Shown: positions 11,902-24,171, counted from the first letter of the stretch. The stretch is DNA of 64,000 bases from Emiliania huxleyi CCMP1516 (GCF_000372725.1 NW_005202428.1:1163331-1227330); one strand, 5' to 3'. A program made the numbers and translations. The notes: a model not told the origin generated them from the letters alone.

Positions 11902-12200
11902 AGAGGTGAGGCAATAGAGGTGACACATACAGGGAGCACTACTTTTCGTCTTCCCCCCCTCACAACAACACTCAACAGAAAGACAGACACAGCTACACCT
12001 CTTTGCAGGAGGCTTGCAAGGGAGGGCGAGGGAGGACGGCTCAAGGCACAGGGTCGGGAAATAAATAAAATGGAGCCAGGCAGGACCCACCCGTGAGTAG
12101 GAATCTTAGAAAAAAAAAACGGCGCACGCAAGGCGGTCCGTCGAGCGGCGGCTCCCGGCTCGCTCGGCTCGCACGGCTCGCACAGGCTCGTCCTATTCCT

Positions 12201-14414
12201 ATGGACACCTGCGAGTACGACGACAGCCTCCCATACAGGTACTTTCTGCCAAACGGCTCGCTGGTGACCCATGGCGTCTACACGGATGTCCCCGGCTACT
12301 CTGCACCGGTGTGCGTCTTCAGCACCGAGCTCTGTGTCAGCAACATGCGCGGCGAGACGTCCGACGAGTGCTGCAAGCCCAACTCGTCGCAGCCGCCCTT
12401 CTGGGTCCCGCTCGTCATCGGCGTGGTTGGCTACGAAACCTTGAAGCAGGTCGTCGGCTCTTGGTTGCGCGGCAAGGAGGAGGCCAGGTCGGCCATGGCC
12501 TTGGCCCGCGAAGCGCACGCCAAGGACGACGTGCTCTTCGTTGACTGGTACCTTCCGGATCTTGGCCCTGGGTGCAAGCTCCTGATACCGGGCCACGCCC
12601 ACGCCTACACTGTCAAGGCGCTCGGCCTCGGGGAGACGGCGAGGGCATCGGCGCTCACGGACGGCAGCCTGCCGATCACGCTCAGGGAAGGTCTATCTGC
12701 CGGCGCGAGCGCGGGCACGAGTGTCACGGAGAGGGAGGTTGACGACCCTATGGAGCATATGTTCCGACAGTACGACGGCCTCGGAATGCTCGTCCTATTC
12801 ATCGTCTTTATGCTCAGCCTCTCGGCGGGCATCATGCAGGGCTCAATCATGGCGCCAGAGATCCAGGCGACGCTCGACCCGACCGAGCGCTCCGCCGAGC
12901 TCGCAATCTCCTCATTTATCGCGCCCGTGCGCGAGATCTTTGCCTTCCTCGAGGACGGGATGGTGGTGCGCGTCTCGTACGCCATCGCCGCCGGCCGCAA
13001 CGCGGAGCTCAACCTGCTTCTGCACATCTCCATCGTCGGCGGCATCGCCACCGGCCTGCTCGCCTTCCTCTGCATGATGGCCATCGCGCTCTCGCCCTCG
13101 GCCGCGGTCCTCCTCGACCCCTCCTCCTCCTCCAACCAGCAGCTGCTCGAGGAGGGCTGCTCTCTCGTGCCGGAGCCCGCGACGCTGCTCGCCGCAGCGC
13201 GCTCGTACTGGCTGCTCGCCACCGCCGTCTGGATCGGCGGGTTCATGCGAAAGGGCGTCGACGGCTTCATGCTGGGCTCGGGCTACCTGATCACGTACCT
13301 GATGCCCTCGATCCTCAGCGGCGGCTTGCCGCTCGTAATCTGGTTCGTTGGCAAGCCGGCGACGAGCACAAACGGCTTCTCGCCGCTGACGCTGCTCGGC
13401 GTGGCGATGGGCACCGACGACTGGATCAACGCCATCGCGCTGCTCCTCTTCATTGCGTGCGCGCGCGACCTCCAGAAGCGTTACGACCTGCGGCTGCTCC
13501 TGCCGTGGCGAAAAGCACCCCCGGGCGCGCCGGGCGAGACGTCACCGAGGGAGGTCATGCTCAAGGTGCTGCGTGAGAGCTCCGAGCTGATGATCATCGA
13601 CCTGGTCATTCAGGTCTCACGCACCGCAACCATATACCTCGCCGCCAGCCAGTCGGCCGAGCTGGCGTACAAACTCTCCGCGCCAGCCGCTGCATATTGG
13701 GTCCTGGGTCCCGCAAACGTGCAAGGCTACATCATCATGTTCCGCACGATGGGCTCGAAGCTGATCGCAAACGGCCGGCACCGCGCATATCTGCAGATGT
13801 TCCTCGCCGTCTTCCTCCTCTCGCTCATCATGTCAGTCTACTCAGTCATCGCCTCGATCATATGGCGAGACGAGTTTACGCAGAGCTACGGCAAGACCGC
13901 ATGCGTCTACGCATCGAGCGCCAACTGCACGGGCGCGTACGCCAATGTCTTTATGACCCCCGGCGGTGGGACCGAGACGTCCGCCTTCAACCTCCCGGGC
14001 GTTTTCGTCGCTCTCGGGCCTGTCGTCGGGGTGCGAATGATCTTTATGACGGCCCGCGTCGGCCTCAACACGTCGCACGACTTCCGGTACATGTCGCTGT
14101 GCGCGCTGGCTGCAGGCATCGCCTTCATCCCGATGCTACTCGTTTGCCACTACTACTGGCGCAGTGCCCTCGGCTACTACCTGTCGATGAACCTGGTCGA
14201 GTTTCTGCTCGCGATTCTCTACGGCGCGCGCATGGTCGGCCACGTCCACAAGCTGATCAAGGGCGAGCCGGGGCCGTGGACCGAGCACATGGGCGAGGTC
14301 CGCCGGGCGACGGAAGAGCGGCTCAGCAAGGGGCGGGCGTCTCGAGGACCGTCAAGGCGCGACTCAAGTAGGGCGAAAGTCATGGACTCAAGGCAAGTCC
14401 TGGAGCTGGAATGA
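12201..14414 (+). CDS. Intronless polytopic membrane protein, MATE/MOP-superfamily transporter-like
   Basis: About 737 aa with roughly 12 hydrophobic segments; IFAFLEDGMVVRVSYAIAAG resembles the MATE TM2-loop signature. Confidence 0.6.
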   Translation: MDTCEYDDSLPYRYFLPNGSLVTHGVYTDVPGYSAPVCVFSTELCVSNMRGETSDECCKPNSSQPPFWVPLVIGVVGYETLKQVVGSWLRGKEEARSAMALAREAHAKDDVLFVDWYLPDLGPGCKLLIPGHAHAYTVKALGLGETARASALTDGSLPITLREGLSAGASAGTSVTEREVDDPMEHMFRQYDGLGMLVLFIVFMLSLSAGIMQGSIMAPEIQATLDPTERSAELAISSFIAPVREIFAFLEDGMVVRVSYAIAAGRNAELNLLLHISIVGGIATGLLAFLCMMAIALSPSAAVLLDPSSSSNQQLLEEGCSLVPEPATLLAAARSYWLLATAVWIGGFMRKGVDGFMLGSGYLITYLMPSILSGGLPLVIWFVGKPATSTNGFSPLTLLGVAMGTDDWINAIALLLFIACARDLQKRYDLRLLLPWRKAPPGAPGETSPREVMLKVLRESSELMIIDLVIQVSRTATIYLAASQSAELAYKLSAPAAAYWVLGPANVQGYIIMFRTMGSKLIANGRHRAYLQMFLAVFLLSLIMSVYSVIASIIWRDEFTQSYGKTACVYASSANCTGAYANVFMTPGGGTETSAFNLPGVFVALGPVVGVRMIFMTARVGLNTSHDFRYMSLCALAAGIAFIPMLLVCHYYWRSALGYYLSMNLVEFLLAILYGARMVGHVHKLIKGEPGPWTEHMGEVRRATEERLSKGRASRGPSRRDSSRAKVMDSRQVLELE

Positions 14415-14564
14415 CGGGCGGCGCGCCCTACGCCTGTGTGCGTGGGCGCGCGCGCACACAAATAATGTAGTCCTTTTATTATAGTTTATTATATGTAAAG
14501 CACACGGGCTAGTGCCATTTCACTGTGGCACAGCTCGCGTTACAAAACCTTGATTTGACCATTT

Positions 14565-14714
14565 GCGCCATTTTGTCCCTCTCGGTGCCTTCCAGAGGCA
14601 GCTGCGACCCCGCCAAGTGGACGGGGGCACCCGGCAGGTGGCGCGGAGTCCCCCCGTCCACTCGGCGGGGTCGCAGCTGATTCTGTGCGTCCTGGGGAGG
14701 GACAAAATTGTCGC
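14565..14714. repeat. About 150-nt imperfect palindrome (hairpin)
   Basis: 29-bp arms at 14599-14627 and 14651-14679 (1 mismatch), plus outer ATTTTGTCCCTC/GAGGGACAAAAT arms. Confidence 0.8.
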
Positions 14715-15306
14715 CGCCGGAGACGACTCGACGCCGCTGAGATTGGAGATCAAGCTCTGACAGGTCGCACGTCGCTCCTTTGACGCCGACGTGACTCACC
14801 CGTGCAGATCACATCAGGACACGGTCTCGACGCGCTCGGTACGACGCCTGCGACCCGTCTCGGGTAAGGTGGCACGACGCTCATCGCGCCTACCAGCGCT
14901 GCCGTACACGTTGCCACGACGAGGTCGAGCACGCTTCTATACGCTCGCCGAGCCTTCCTTTCCATCCAATTAGGCAGCCTGGGAACGGTGGCGGTCAGAG
15001 GCAAAGCCTACGAGGGGTGGTGGAACCACATGTCACGGCTACTGCCGGCTCGACCCCACGATAGCCTCCGAAGGCTGACTTTGCGGCACCATCATCGGAC
15101 GATGTCGACGAGTTGGGTCGCTCTCGCGGTAGCCAGATGACCTCTCTTTCTAGGAGCATCGGCCATGGCCGCAGGGAGCGCGGGGGAGGGCGCTGGAAGC
15201 AACACGGAGCTCCGTTGGAGACGTTTTCAAGAGATTAGCGTGTCAGAGTGAAATGGCACTAGCCACGCCATTCGATTCGCCCAGCGCTTATATATCGCGC
15301 CGCACA

Positions 15307-17241
15307 CTAATCGCGATGCCGCCGGGCAGCGAGCAGGCGGCGCGGCACCGCCGCCGCCAGTCTCACTGCGGCGCGAGGCAGTGCGAGGACCGCCTCCGCC
15401 GCGCAGAGAGCCGCGCTCATGCTACCGAAGACGAGCATCACCGCGAGGAAGACCAGGTTGGTGGCGATGCCGCGTCGCAGCACGGGGGCGTACAGCTCGG
15501 TCGCGGCGACCTCCCACGCCTCCTGCGACGCGAACGGCCCCTGCAGCCGGAAGAATGAGACGTAGGCCTGGCCGAGGCAGTAGGCGACGAGCACGCGAGG
15601 GCGGCGGGCGAGGGACCAGAGCGAAGGCACCGCGCCGAACTCCGCGGCCAGCTGGTGCATGTAGTTGCCGTAGTCGACCCCATACACCAGCTTCTTGCCG
15701 AGCAAGCCGTACGAGGGAGGGGCGTGCCCTGCGGCGATGCGGCCGCGCAGCTTCTCGATCCACCACAGCACCTGCAGCTCCGACATTGGCGGGATCGCGC
15801 CCACGTTCGGCCTGACGAAGCCGAGGAAGGCGAGGGTGGGCTCCTGCGGGCGAGGAGAGAGGGTCGCGAAGAGAGGCGCTGTGCCGCACAGCCGCCTCCA
15901 GCCGGGACGCGGCTGTACGCGAATACGGGGGAGGAGGGAGGGGGGGGGGGGTAGTACTCGGCATCTACGTCGCACCTCCGCAGACACGATGAAGTGCTCG
16001 CTCGGCAGCGGGTCCTCCTCCCCCCTCGCGCCGCTGCCGCCTCGCCAGCCGCCCGCCTCGCCTGCGCCGCCGGCAGCGGGCGGCGGGCAGGAGACGGGCT
16101 CGAGGAAGGGGAAGCGCTGGCAGTAGCCGGTCGCGTAGACGAGCACGTCCGCCTCGAAGGTGGTGCCGTCGACAAAGGTGACGCGGCGGCCGTCGATCTT
16201 TGCGGGGGCGGGGAAGGTGAGGATGTCCTTGTCGACCCGCTTGTGCGGCGGGTCGAGCCACGACCAGAGGCGGTGGCGCCACGTCTTCCTGCCTCGCGAG
16301 CGCGCCACAAGTCAGGTCGGCGGATGCGCGGAGCACCGCAGGAATACACGGGCGACGGGTACAGCGGACACAGTCAGTACAGCGGGGTACCGCAGGAATA
16401 CGCGTCACTGTGCTGGTTTGAGAGCGGTGTGTCTTCCGCATCTGGGCCCGTCTTCCGCTTGGCGGGCCGGTTCATGAAGGGCAGGGCGGCGGTGGACTTG
16501 CAGAGGATGTGGTGGCCGCGCTTGACCTGCTCGAGCCGGCAAGGGGGGGAGTGGAGCAGCTTTTGGAGGGGCGACCGCGTGAAGAGAGGCAGCGGACGGG
16601 AGAGAGGCGGCGGTGAGAGAGGAGGCAGTGAGAGCTGAGGTGGGGAGAGGCGGCGAAATGAGGCGGCGGGCAGGGCCAGGGCAGAGAGTGGAGCGGGAGA
16701 GGCGCCTGCTCGACGTGCCCCACCCACTCCTCGTTGATTAAGAGATTAATTAATAATCAATGAATGAAGAGGCGCCTGCTCGACGTGCCCCACCCACTCC
16801 TCGTTAATTAAGAGAGTACTTAATAATCAATGAATTAGAGGCGCCTGCTCGACGTGCCCCACCCACTGGTCCCACCCAGCGGAGCTGCCCGTCGTGAGCC
16901 AGAACCCGGCGCGGATGAAGACGGTTGTGACCGCCCACTTGACGTGGAGAGCGTGCAGCAACCAGTGCTCGTGGCAGTGCTCGAAGAGGTTGGCGATGAG
17001 CGTGTCGAGCGGCACGCCGCCCCACCCCTCGTATGGGACCGCCAGGAAGCCGCGCTTGACCGAGATGGCCTACACTCGCCAAAGAGAGTCGGTCCCACAC
17101 GGCGCGACCGTCGCGTGCGGAGCCTCGCGGGACGCAAGCGGCCGTGGCGGCCGCCGTGTGCACCGCGCGGTAGGCCAGGTCCATGCCTGTGGCAAGTACG
17201 CTCAAGAGGTGCGACTGGCTGAGTGTCTTGTCTCCGCGTGC

Positions 17242-17304
<63 letters not shown>

Positions 17305-18206
17305 GCTCCAGTGTGGCCGCCATCCCCGGCCCTCGCGTCCACCCAGATTATGCCGGTGTGCCAGTCGCTGGTCTGACTGTGTCTCGCCTCCCCATCTATC
17401 TGCCCATGCCCGTCTCGCCGCAGCCGAGCACGAGCACGCGCCGCCCCTTGAAGAGGCTCCGCTCCTAAGGCAATTCACAACTCTCGTCAACAGTTCACAA
17501 GGCAGCCCTCGCATCTCCACGCCCCATTGGAGACATTGGAGACGGGCGGCACGGCATTGAGAGTGCAAGGCGCAGTGCTCGTGGAAGTGTTGTGTCTCCG
17601 CTCCTTGTATTCGCACGAGTGGAGCGACACGCCGTCGAAGCTGTCGGCGCCGGCAATCGCAGGCGTGTAGGGCACCTCATGCAGCCCCGAGCAGACGCAC
17701 ACCGCGTCAAACTGCGCTGTCCGCGTCCTGCCCTCGCCCGCCTGCGCCGCGCCGCCTGCATCGGCCGGGTACGCCTCCGACGCCCGCGTCTCGACATTGT
17801 ACACGAGCGCGCCGTTCACCGTCTCGCGCGTCACGCGCAGCACCTCCGTCCCGAAGCGCATGAGGGACCAGAGCTCCTGCCGGTCGCAGTACTCTTCGAG
17901 GTAGGCGACGTACTCGGGCAAGCTCATGTGGTCGGCGGCAGTGGTCGGCGAGCGGAGGTCCGAGAAGGCTGTCAGGTACTTGGAGCTCACCAGCCGCGCG
18001 TCGTCGTACGCCTTGTGCACAAACGTGCCGCCGACCTTTGAGGACCTCTCGAGGACCGTCACGGTGTAGCCCACGTCCCTCAGATGCTTTGCCGCTACGA
18101 GGCCCGACGGCCCGGCGCCGATGACGCAAATGGTGCGCACCTCAGCTCGAGCTGACGGCTCGGCGGGGCGCGTCGCGAGGCGGTGCCAGGGAGTCAACGA
18201 CGCCAT
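15307..18206 (-). CDS. Flavin-containing monooxygenase (FMO), multi-exon
   Basis: VIGAGPSG (FAD), FDGVSLHSCEYK (FMO motif), LVLGCGETGMD (NADPH), VYATGY; hydrophobic C-terminus. Confidence 0.92.
16698..16867. repeat. Triplicated exon-end/donor unit with about 70-bp period inside the FMO gene
   Basis: AGAGGCGCCTGCTCGACGTGCCCCACCCACT at 16698, 16768, 16837 with AT-rich spacers. Confidence 0.9.
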
Positions 18207-18322
18207 CAGGAACTCGCTAGTCGAAAAAGAAAATACTCGTATGTGCGCCGTCGGCGGGCGACGCCGACAACATCAACAAGCAGGCGCGCAAGGAGCGTAC
18301 CGACGGGATCAACAAGCAAAAT

Positions 18323-18461
18323 GAACAAGCAAGTGGCGAACGGTTTCTTGTCCTCGGCCCCAGTGGGGGGTGCCCGCGCCGCCTAGCTCTGCAGACGGGC
18401 CCCTCCACCCTTCCTGTAATCATGTAGTCCCCACATTCGCAATCGTGGGATCGCTTGTCAT
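18323..18461. repeat. Conserved about 135-nt intergenic element, copy A (copy B at 30303-30433)
   Basis: Shared blocks GAACAAGCAA, CTCGGCC.CAGTGGGGGGTGCC, CATGTAGTCC, GTGGGATCGCTTGTCAT. Confidence 0.75.
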
Positions 18462-18518
18462 GTGCGAGGGCTCGTGGTGTTCTGGTTTCTATCCGTTTAC
18501 TCTCGTTGGTTCTGAGAT

Positions 18519-18968
18519 ATGGCAGTCTCCTCGAGCGCCAGCGCCACGCCGCTGCTGCTGCTGCTCGCGGCCCCGGGCTGTTTCGGCTTCGCCGCATCGC
18601 CCGCGCTCGCGCACCACCCCGCGTCGCGGCTCGCCGTCGGCCGACAGCCCTCCTCGCCGGTCGCCGCGCCCGTCGTCGCGGGCGCTGCCGTGCTCCACGC
18701 GGTGCCGCCGGGCCACTCGCGCTCCGCGGCGGCGGCGGTGCAGATGAAGGCGAACAAGGACATGCTCGAGCTGGAGGGCGTGGTGCTCGAGGCGCTGCCG
18801 AACGCGAACTTTAGGGTGCAGCTCGATGACACCGAGCAGGTCATTCTCGCCCACGTCTCTGGCAAGATCCGCAAGAACTACATCAAGATATTGGTCGGCG
18901 ACCACGTCACGTGTGAAATCTCTCCGTACGACTTGACAAAGGGACGAATCACCTTCCGGAGGCGGTGA
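18519..18968 (+). CDS. infA: Nucleus-encoded, plastid-targeted translation initiation factor IF-1
   Basis: [17 protein letters not shown]...[35 protein letters not shown], preceded by signal peptide (LLLLLAA..CFG|FA) and transit peptide. Confidence 0.95.
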   Translation: MAVSSSASATPLLLLLAAPGCFGFAASPALAHHPASRLAVGRQPSSPVAAPVVAGAAVLHAVPPGHSRSAAAAVQMKANKDMLELEGVVLEALPNANFRVQLDDTEQVILAHVSGKIRKNYIKILVGDHVTCEISPYDLTKGRITFRRR

Positions 18969-19341
18969 GGCGCTGCCACGTCCGGCCAGTCATGACCACC
19001 AAGCAGGCCCCTCGGCTCTCGCGAGTGTGGTGACTGGTGTGAGCTGTGAAACACTGCCTCCTTCTTTTTGATACACAGCATGCGAGATTATTCACCAAAC
19101 ACAGGTTACAACACTGGGGCGTCGCCAGGGCGCGATGCAGGGGGCCGGCGATTTGACCAATACTCGGGCCTGAATCGTCGAGCGACGGCCCAGACGGTCG
19201 GGGCCGCACGGGGGTGTGTCGTGTGACCGTGTGTGCGCGTGCGCACACGTGACACGCCCGCGCCGAAATGTGTGCACACCCCCGCGAGTCGCCCCGCTCG
19301 CGAGCTTCGCGTGCGCCACCGCACGCACGGGCGCACCCTGC

Positions 19342-21723
19342 CTATAAGCCCGCCATCGGGTCGTCTGCCCGCTGCTTGGAGCGGTAGTACGCCTCCATCG
19401 CCTCCGCGCTCGTCTCGTCGGCCTGCGCGAGAAGGGTCCGAGGAGGGTCCGAGAAGGGTGCGGGTGCATGTCGCCGGGCGGGGGGCGAGGGTGGGCTCGA
19501 TAGGAGACGGGTCCGGTGGCCTCGCGGCCGCGGCTGGTGCGGCGAGGGAGGGCACGCGCCTGCATCGAGTTGAACTTTCTCTTGCGGTCGTCGACCTCTG
19601 CGCCCGAGCGGCGGATGGCCTCCGCCTCCATCGCGGCGCGCACCTGCCTCGAAGGAGGCCGTGTGTGAGGGGCCGCTCGCACGCGCCGCCTCGCCTCTCG
19701 CCCTCTCTCTCTCCCTCTCGGGGCGGCGGCGGCGAGGGTGCAAGCGAGGGCGGCGGCGAGGGCGGCGGCAAAGGCGGCGGTGAGGGGCGGCGGCGGAGAC
19801 GGACGCGGCCGCGAGGGGCGGGGGCGAGGACAGCGGGTGTGCGAGCGCGCGCCTTTGCCTCGTCGAGGTGCGCCTCGCCCAGCCCCTCCCCCGCGCCGTA
19901 GAGCGATCGCTGGTCGAGCGAGCCGCTGCTCGCCGCACTCAGCCCGCCAGCCGCCGCGCCGCCCGCCGCGTCGCCGCTGCCCGCCGCGGCGGCCGGCGCG
20001 GAGAGCGCCGCCGCCGCCATCTCCCTCGCGCGCCTGCCCGCCGCGCCCGTCGAGTACGAGTTGCGCAGCGTCGAGTGGTCGTCGGCGTAGCCCCAGCGAA
20101 AGGTCGTCGTGTCGAAGTGGGAGCCCCAGACGGCGAGGTGGTTTTGCTCGAGGACGTCCTCCTCGTAGCGCGACTTGGCGACCGCCTTCTCCTTGCCCGC
20201 GCGCAGCCCGCCCGAGCGGTCGTACTCGACGTAGTCCTCTGTCTGCGCGAAGAGCAGCTCCTTGGGCGGTGCGGCCAGGTGCTGCTGCCCTCCGTACTTT
20301 TCGAGGATCTTGTTTGAGCGCGTGTCCTTGAGCTTCTCCTTCTTCTCGCGGTAGATCTTGTTCATCATCTCGACCGTCGTCGGGTCGGCGTTCATCTGCA
20401 TCGACTGGCCCTTCTCGTACGCCTCAAACTCGTACAGCTGCAGCTGCGCCATCTGAACCGCGTCGCCGGTCGCGCGCTGGAAGTTGTCGCCCGCAAAGGT
20501 CGACGCGTCCGCGAGGGCGGAGCCGCGCAGCGGGTTGTCGCGCATGGAGCGCGTCTTCGGGTCGTAGTAGGCCGAGTTGACGTCGAGGTTGAGCAGGTAC
20601 TTGGCCGTGTCCTCGCGGATGCGCAGGTTGCGCACCGACGCCTTCGCCTTGCCGGCCGGCGCCTTGACGTCCTGCCCGATGATGACCTGCTCCGCCTCGT
20701 CTACCTTCTCGTCGTCCGACGGACCCACGCTGCCGTCCGTGTCGGTGTCGGTCGCCGAGTCGCCCTCGCCCCCCTCCTTGCCCTTGCCCCTGCGCTCGCG
20801 CTTCCGCTCGCGCGCCGCCAGCTCTCCGAGCTTCTTTTGCTGGGCGGCCTTGCGCCGCACCTCGGCCTCCGCCTCGTGGGCTCGGATCTTGTCCATGTGC
20901 GCGGCCGGGTCGAACTGCGCCCAGTGGTCGCGCTTGCCCGCGTAGTCGTACGCCATGTCGACCGTCACCTCGTCCGGCTTGATGTCCTTGCCAGAGTACC
21001 TTGCGCCCTTCTTGCGGGGCCGCTCGACGCAGTCCTGCGGGCGGAGAGGGGCTGGAGGGCTGGAGGGGGGGGGGGCCGGGGGGGGGGGCGCCTGAGGGGC
21101 GTCTGAGAGGCGTCTAGGAAGCGTCTGCGGACTCGGAGGTGTCTCAGAGGTGTCTCGGAGGTGTCTCGGAGGTGTCCACCTTGGTGGAGTGCGTCATCGC
21201 GCCGCAGTTGGTGCAGGCGCCCTTGCGGAAGTAGGTTGCGGCGGGGCCGGCCTTCTGTCCGCGCGGCTTGAAGTCGGTGGCGCTCGCGACTTGCCCTTTC
21301 TGCTTGAGGTTCTTCTGGTGCTTCAGGCCGGGCCCCTCGGCGTTGAGGTACCACGGAGCCTGGCGAGGGCGGGAGGGGCGGCGCGAGTCGCGCGGGGAGG
21401 CGGCACGGGCGGCTTGGGCGGCGGCGAGGGGCGCGACGTGGTGGTGTACGGTGGCGGCGGCGGGTCGAGGGGATGCGCGCCTGCGCCATAAACTGCGGGA
21501 TGTGCGGGTTGATCTCGTTGCCATCGGCATCGCGCTCGGCCGGGATGGTTCCCGCCTTGCGCGCTTCCTCGAGCTCCCTCTGTGCGCGCGGCGGCCGGAC
21601 ACGTGAGTGCAGGCGGCGCTCGCAGCGCTCGCGTGCGCGGCAGCGCGTGCGACGGCGTCCGAGGCTGGGCGCGCGACAGCGCACCTCGCGCCGGCGGTCC
21701 TCGCTCGATTTGAGGCCGCTCAT
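19342..21723 (-). CDS. SLU7: Pre-mRNA splicing factor SLU7, multi-exon
   Basis: EINPHIPQFM..APWYL; KGACTNCGAMTH..KDC.ERPRK (Zn knuckle); VRNLRIREDTAKYLLNLDVNSAYYDPKTRSMR; ends DDPMAGL*. Confidence 0.95.
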
Positions 21724-22443
21724 GGGGCACACTGCAAAGAGAGCCGGTGTTTCACGTCTTGGGCCCGTCGAGCCTCTCGAGCGGCGTCCGCTACCTGAGA
21801 GAAGAAATCGTGGCCTGCCTAAGGTATGGGAGGAGAAAAGAATTCAAACAGCGCCTGAACGCATGGCGTTCAGGCGGCACTTCTCTCGCGTCGGCTCCGC
21901 CGAGCGCTGCACAGAGACCATCTTCACTGACCACCAACGACAGGTGTGCGACTACGCGCTCGTCTACGCGGAGAAGAAGAACGACGGCGAAGCGCCGTAC
22001 TCGGTCTCCTTCACCGCGACGCAGAGCGGCGACGTCATCGTACAGCTGCACCCGCACTCGCAGCTCGAGCGCGCGGTGCGCCACGAGCGGCAGGCGCAGG
22101 CCACGGAGGCGCCTGCGAGCGCGAGCCCTGCGGCGCCGCCCGCCCCTGAGAGAAAGAAATCGTTCTGTTACACGCGTAGGGTATGGGAGGCCAAAAGAAG
22201 CCGGCATCGCAAAAATAAGAAAGAAGAACGGAACAGACAAGGCCGAGGGACCAACCAACCGACGCCGATGTGGCGATGAGGCTGCCGTCCGGCACTTCAA
22301 GCACGGCACTTCAAGCACGGTGCGGCCAAGCCGCCAGCGGCGGCGGCAGGGTCGACTGGCGCTGGGTCGACGGGTGGCGGCGGTGGTGCGGCTGCTGCAG
22401 CTCCGCGCTGGACGAGGCGGTGCCGCGTACCGACCGACCTGAT

Positions 22444-23879
22444 GAGTGATTCTGAGATCAGGTTAGTCGTTTCCCCTTTGGAGGCAGACATTTCAGAAAG
22501 CGAATCCCAGGCCGCATCTCCCCGCTCGAAGCGGGGAACCCGTCCCGGGCGCCCGCTGGAAGCGGGGGGGCGCCCGCTCGAAGCGGGGGCGCCCGCTCGA
22601 AGCGGGGGCGGCGCAGGCTGCCACCGCTGCCCGGGCGCGCCGAGCGGCGGCGGAGGGCCGCCCAGGCCACCACCAGTGCCTCTCCCACCGGCGGCGCGGC
22701 GGCAGTGGCGCCGACCGCCCCTCCATCAGCGGCGGCGCGAGGCTGTCGTCGGGACGCCGGCAGGTGACGCGCGAATAGGGTGCCACCGGACCGGCCGACG
22801 AGCACCCAGCGGAGCCGTCATCGTGCATGGCGAGCCGAGCACCGCCGCGTCGCTTCTCGGCGCATTGGAGAGCAGAGGAAGCTGCTGGCGTCGCGGCTGG
22901 GATCGGCAGCGGCGCCAGCAGCTTTCTCGGATCTGAAGCGACTTTGAGCGCCGATCGATCGATCTGAGGGCTGACCGATGGGCGGCGCTGGGAGGAAGAC
23001 CGCGCCACCCGTCGGCCAGCCCTCAGCTCCGCGACGGCGACTCGATAGTCGTGGCCGGCGCTCGGCTGCCACTCTAAGCTGTGCCGCGCCAGGCGCTCCT
23101 GGAACCGTGACGTCACTTCTTATGGATGCGGCACTAGGGACGCCCAATGTTTTCGTAAATATAGAAGCCACTCTCTCGCGTGTGGAAGCCACGACTGCGT
23201 AGTCGTGCTCCCCCGGAGCACGCCATAGAGCGCCGGTTTTGTGTACCGGGCGCACCCGCAGCCGTACACACCACTGCTGCCACTGCCAGGGGGTCGCCGC
23301 AGGCGCCCCAAGCGGCGCGGAGCGCCGCCGCAGGCGGCGGACAGCAGGTGCGCAAAATTAAACGCCATTTTCGGTTCCGCAGTTTTGCCACTAACGTCGA
23401 AATCCTGTACAAATCGAGACTTACGAGAGCCGAGCCTCCCACGAAAACCACAGAGGGGCGCGCGGACAGCGCGCCGCCAGGGGCGCCGCAGGCGCCTCAA
23501 GCGGTGCGGAGCGCCGCCACAGGCGGCGGACAGCAGGTGCGCGAAATTAAACGCCATTTTCGGTTCCGCGGTTTTGGCACTGTCTACCAACTTTGTGGTA
23601 CAAATCGACTTGCACTTGGTCTGAGCCCTGCGCTGCGTTTGAGCCTCCATTCTGAAAGTGTACGTAGAAGGGAAGGCAGCAGGTCCGGCTTGCGAACTCC
23701 GCTGTGCGCCGACAAGCGGTATGGCGCCGAGTAGAGGCCATTTTCCTATTAGAAAAGGCTGTCGAGAGCGCAAAATTTTCTTCGCTGCGCGCCCAACCAT
23801 GGTGGGCACGCAGCGGGCGCCTGCGGCGCCAAATTTTTGAAATGTCTGCCAGTCGCCCAACCTGATCTCAGAATCACTC
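22444..23879. mobile_element. 1436-bp non-autonomous TIR DNA transposon, GAG..CTC termini, TGAT TSD (possibly Sola-like)
   Basis: Perfect 21-bp TIR GAGTGATTCTGAGATCAGGTT (22444-22464 vs 23859-23879), second sub-terminal IR (GGCAGACATTTCA), TGAT on both flanks; internal about 100-bp direct repeat at 23290 and 23480. Confidence 0.8.
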
Positions 23880-24171
23880 TGATGGAGGTGCACAGACAGA
23901 CCCCGGCGACCCCGCGAGCGAGCGGCCGAGCCGCATTCCGTTAATGCCTTCAGGGCCACGCGCTTGCTCGGTCTGGCGGCGCCCTCGCCCCTGCGGAGAG
24001 GCCTCCATCTCTGTGCCTCGGGCCTCGCCGAGCGAACTGTCTGAGGTGGTCGACGCCTGCCTCGCTGCTGGAACGCGGGAGAAAAGCCGCTCCAAGCACG
24101 TGTGTGTGTGTGTTGTGTGTGTGTGTTGTGTGTGCGTGCGTGTGTGCGTGTGTAGGCAACAGAGCGCTAGG

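Noticed and set aside
16698..16867. CRISPR-like look (about 31-bp repeats with about 39-bp spacers)
   Set aside because: Spacers are copies of each other, the repeat is FMO exon sequence, there are no cas genes, and the context is eukaryotic
21863..22279. Small ORF divergent from SLU7
   Set aside because: Partly coding-like but no family and an abrupt AT-rich tail; not enough support
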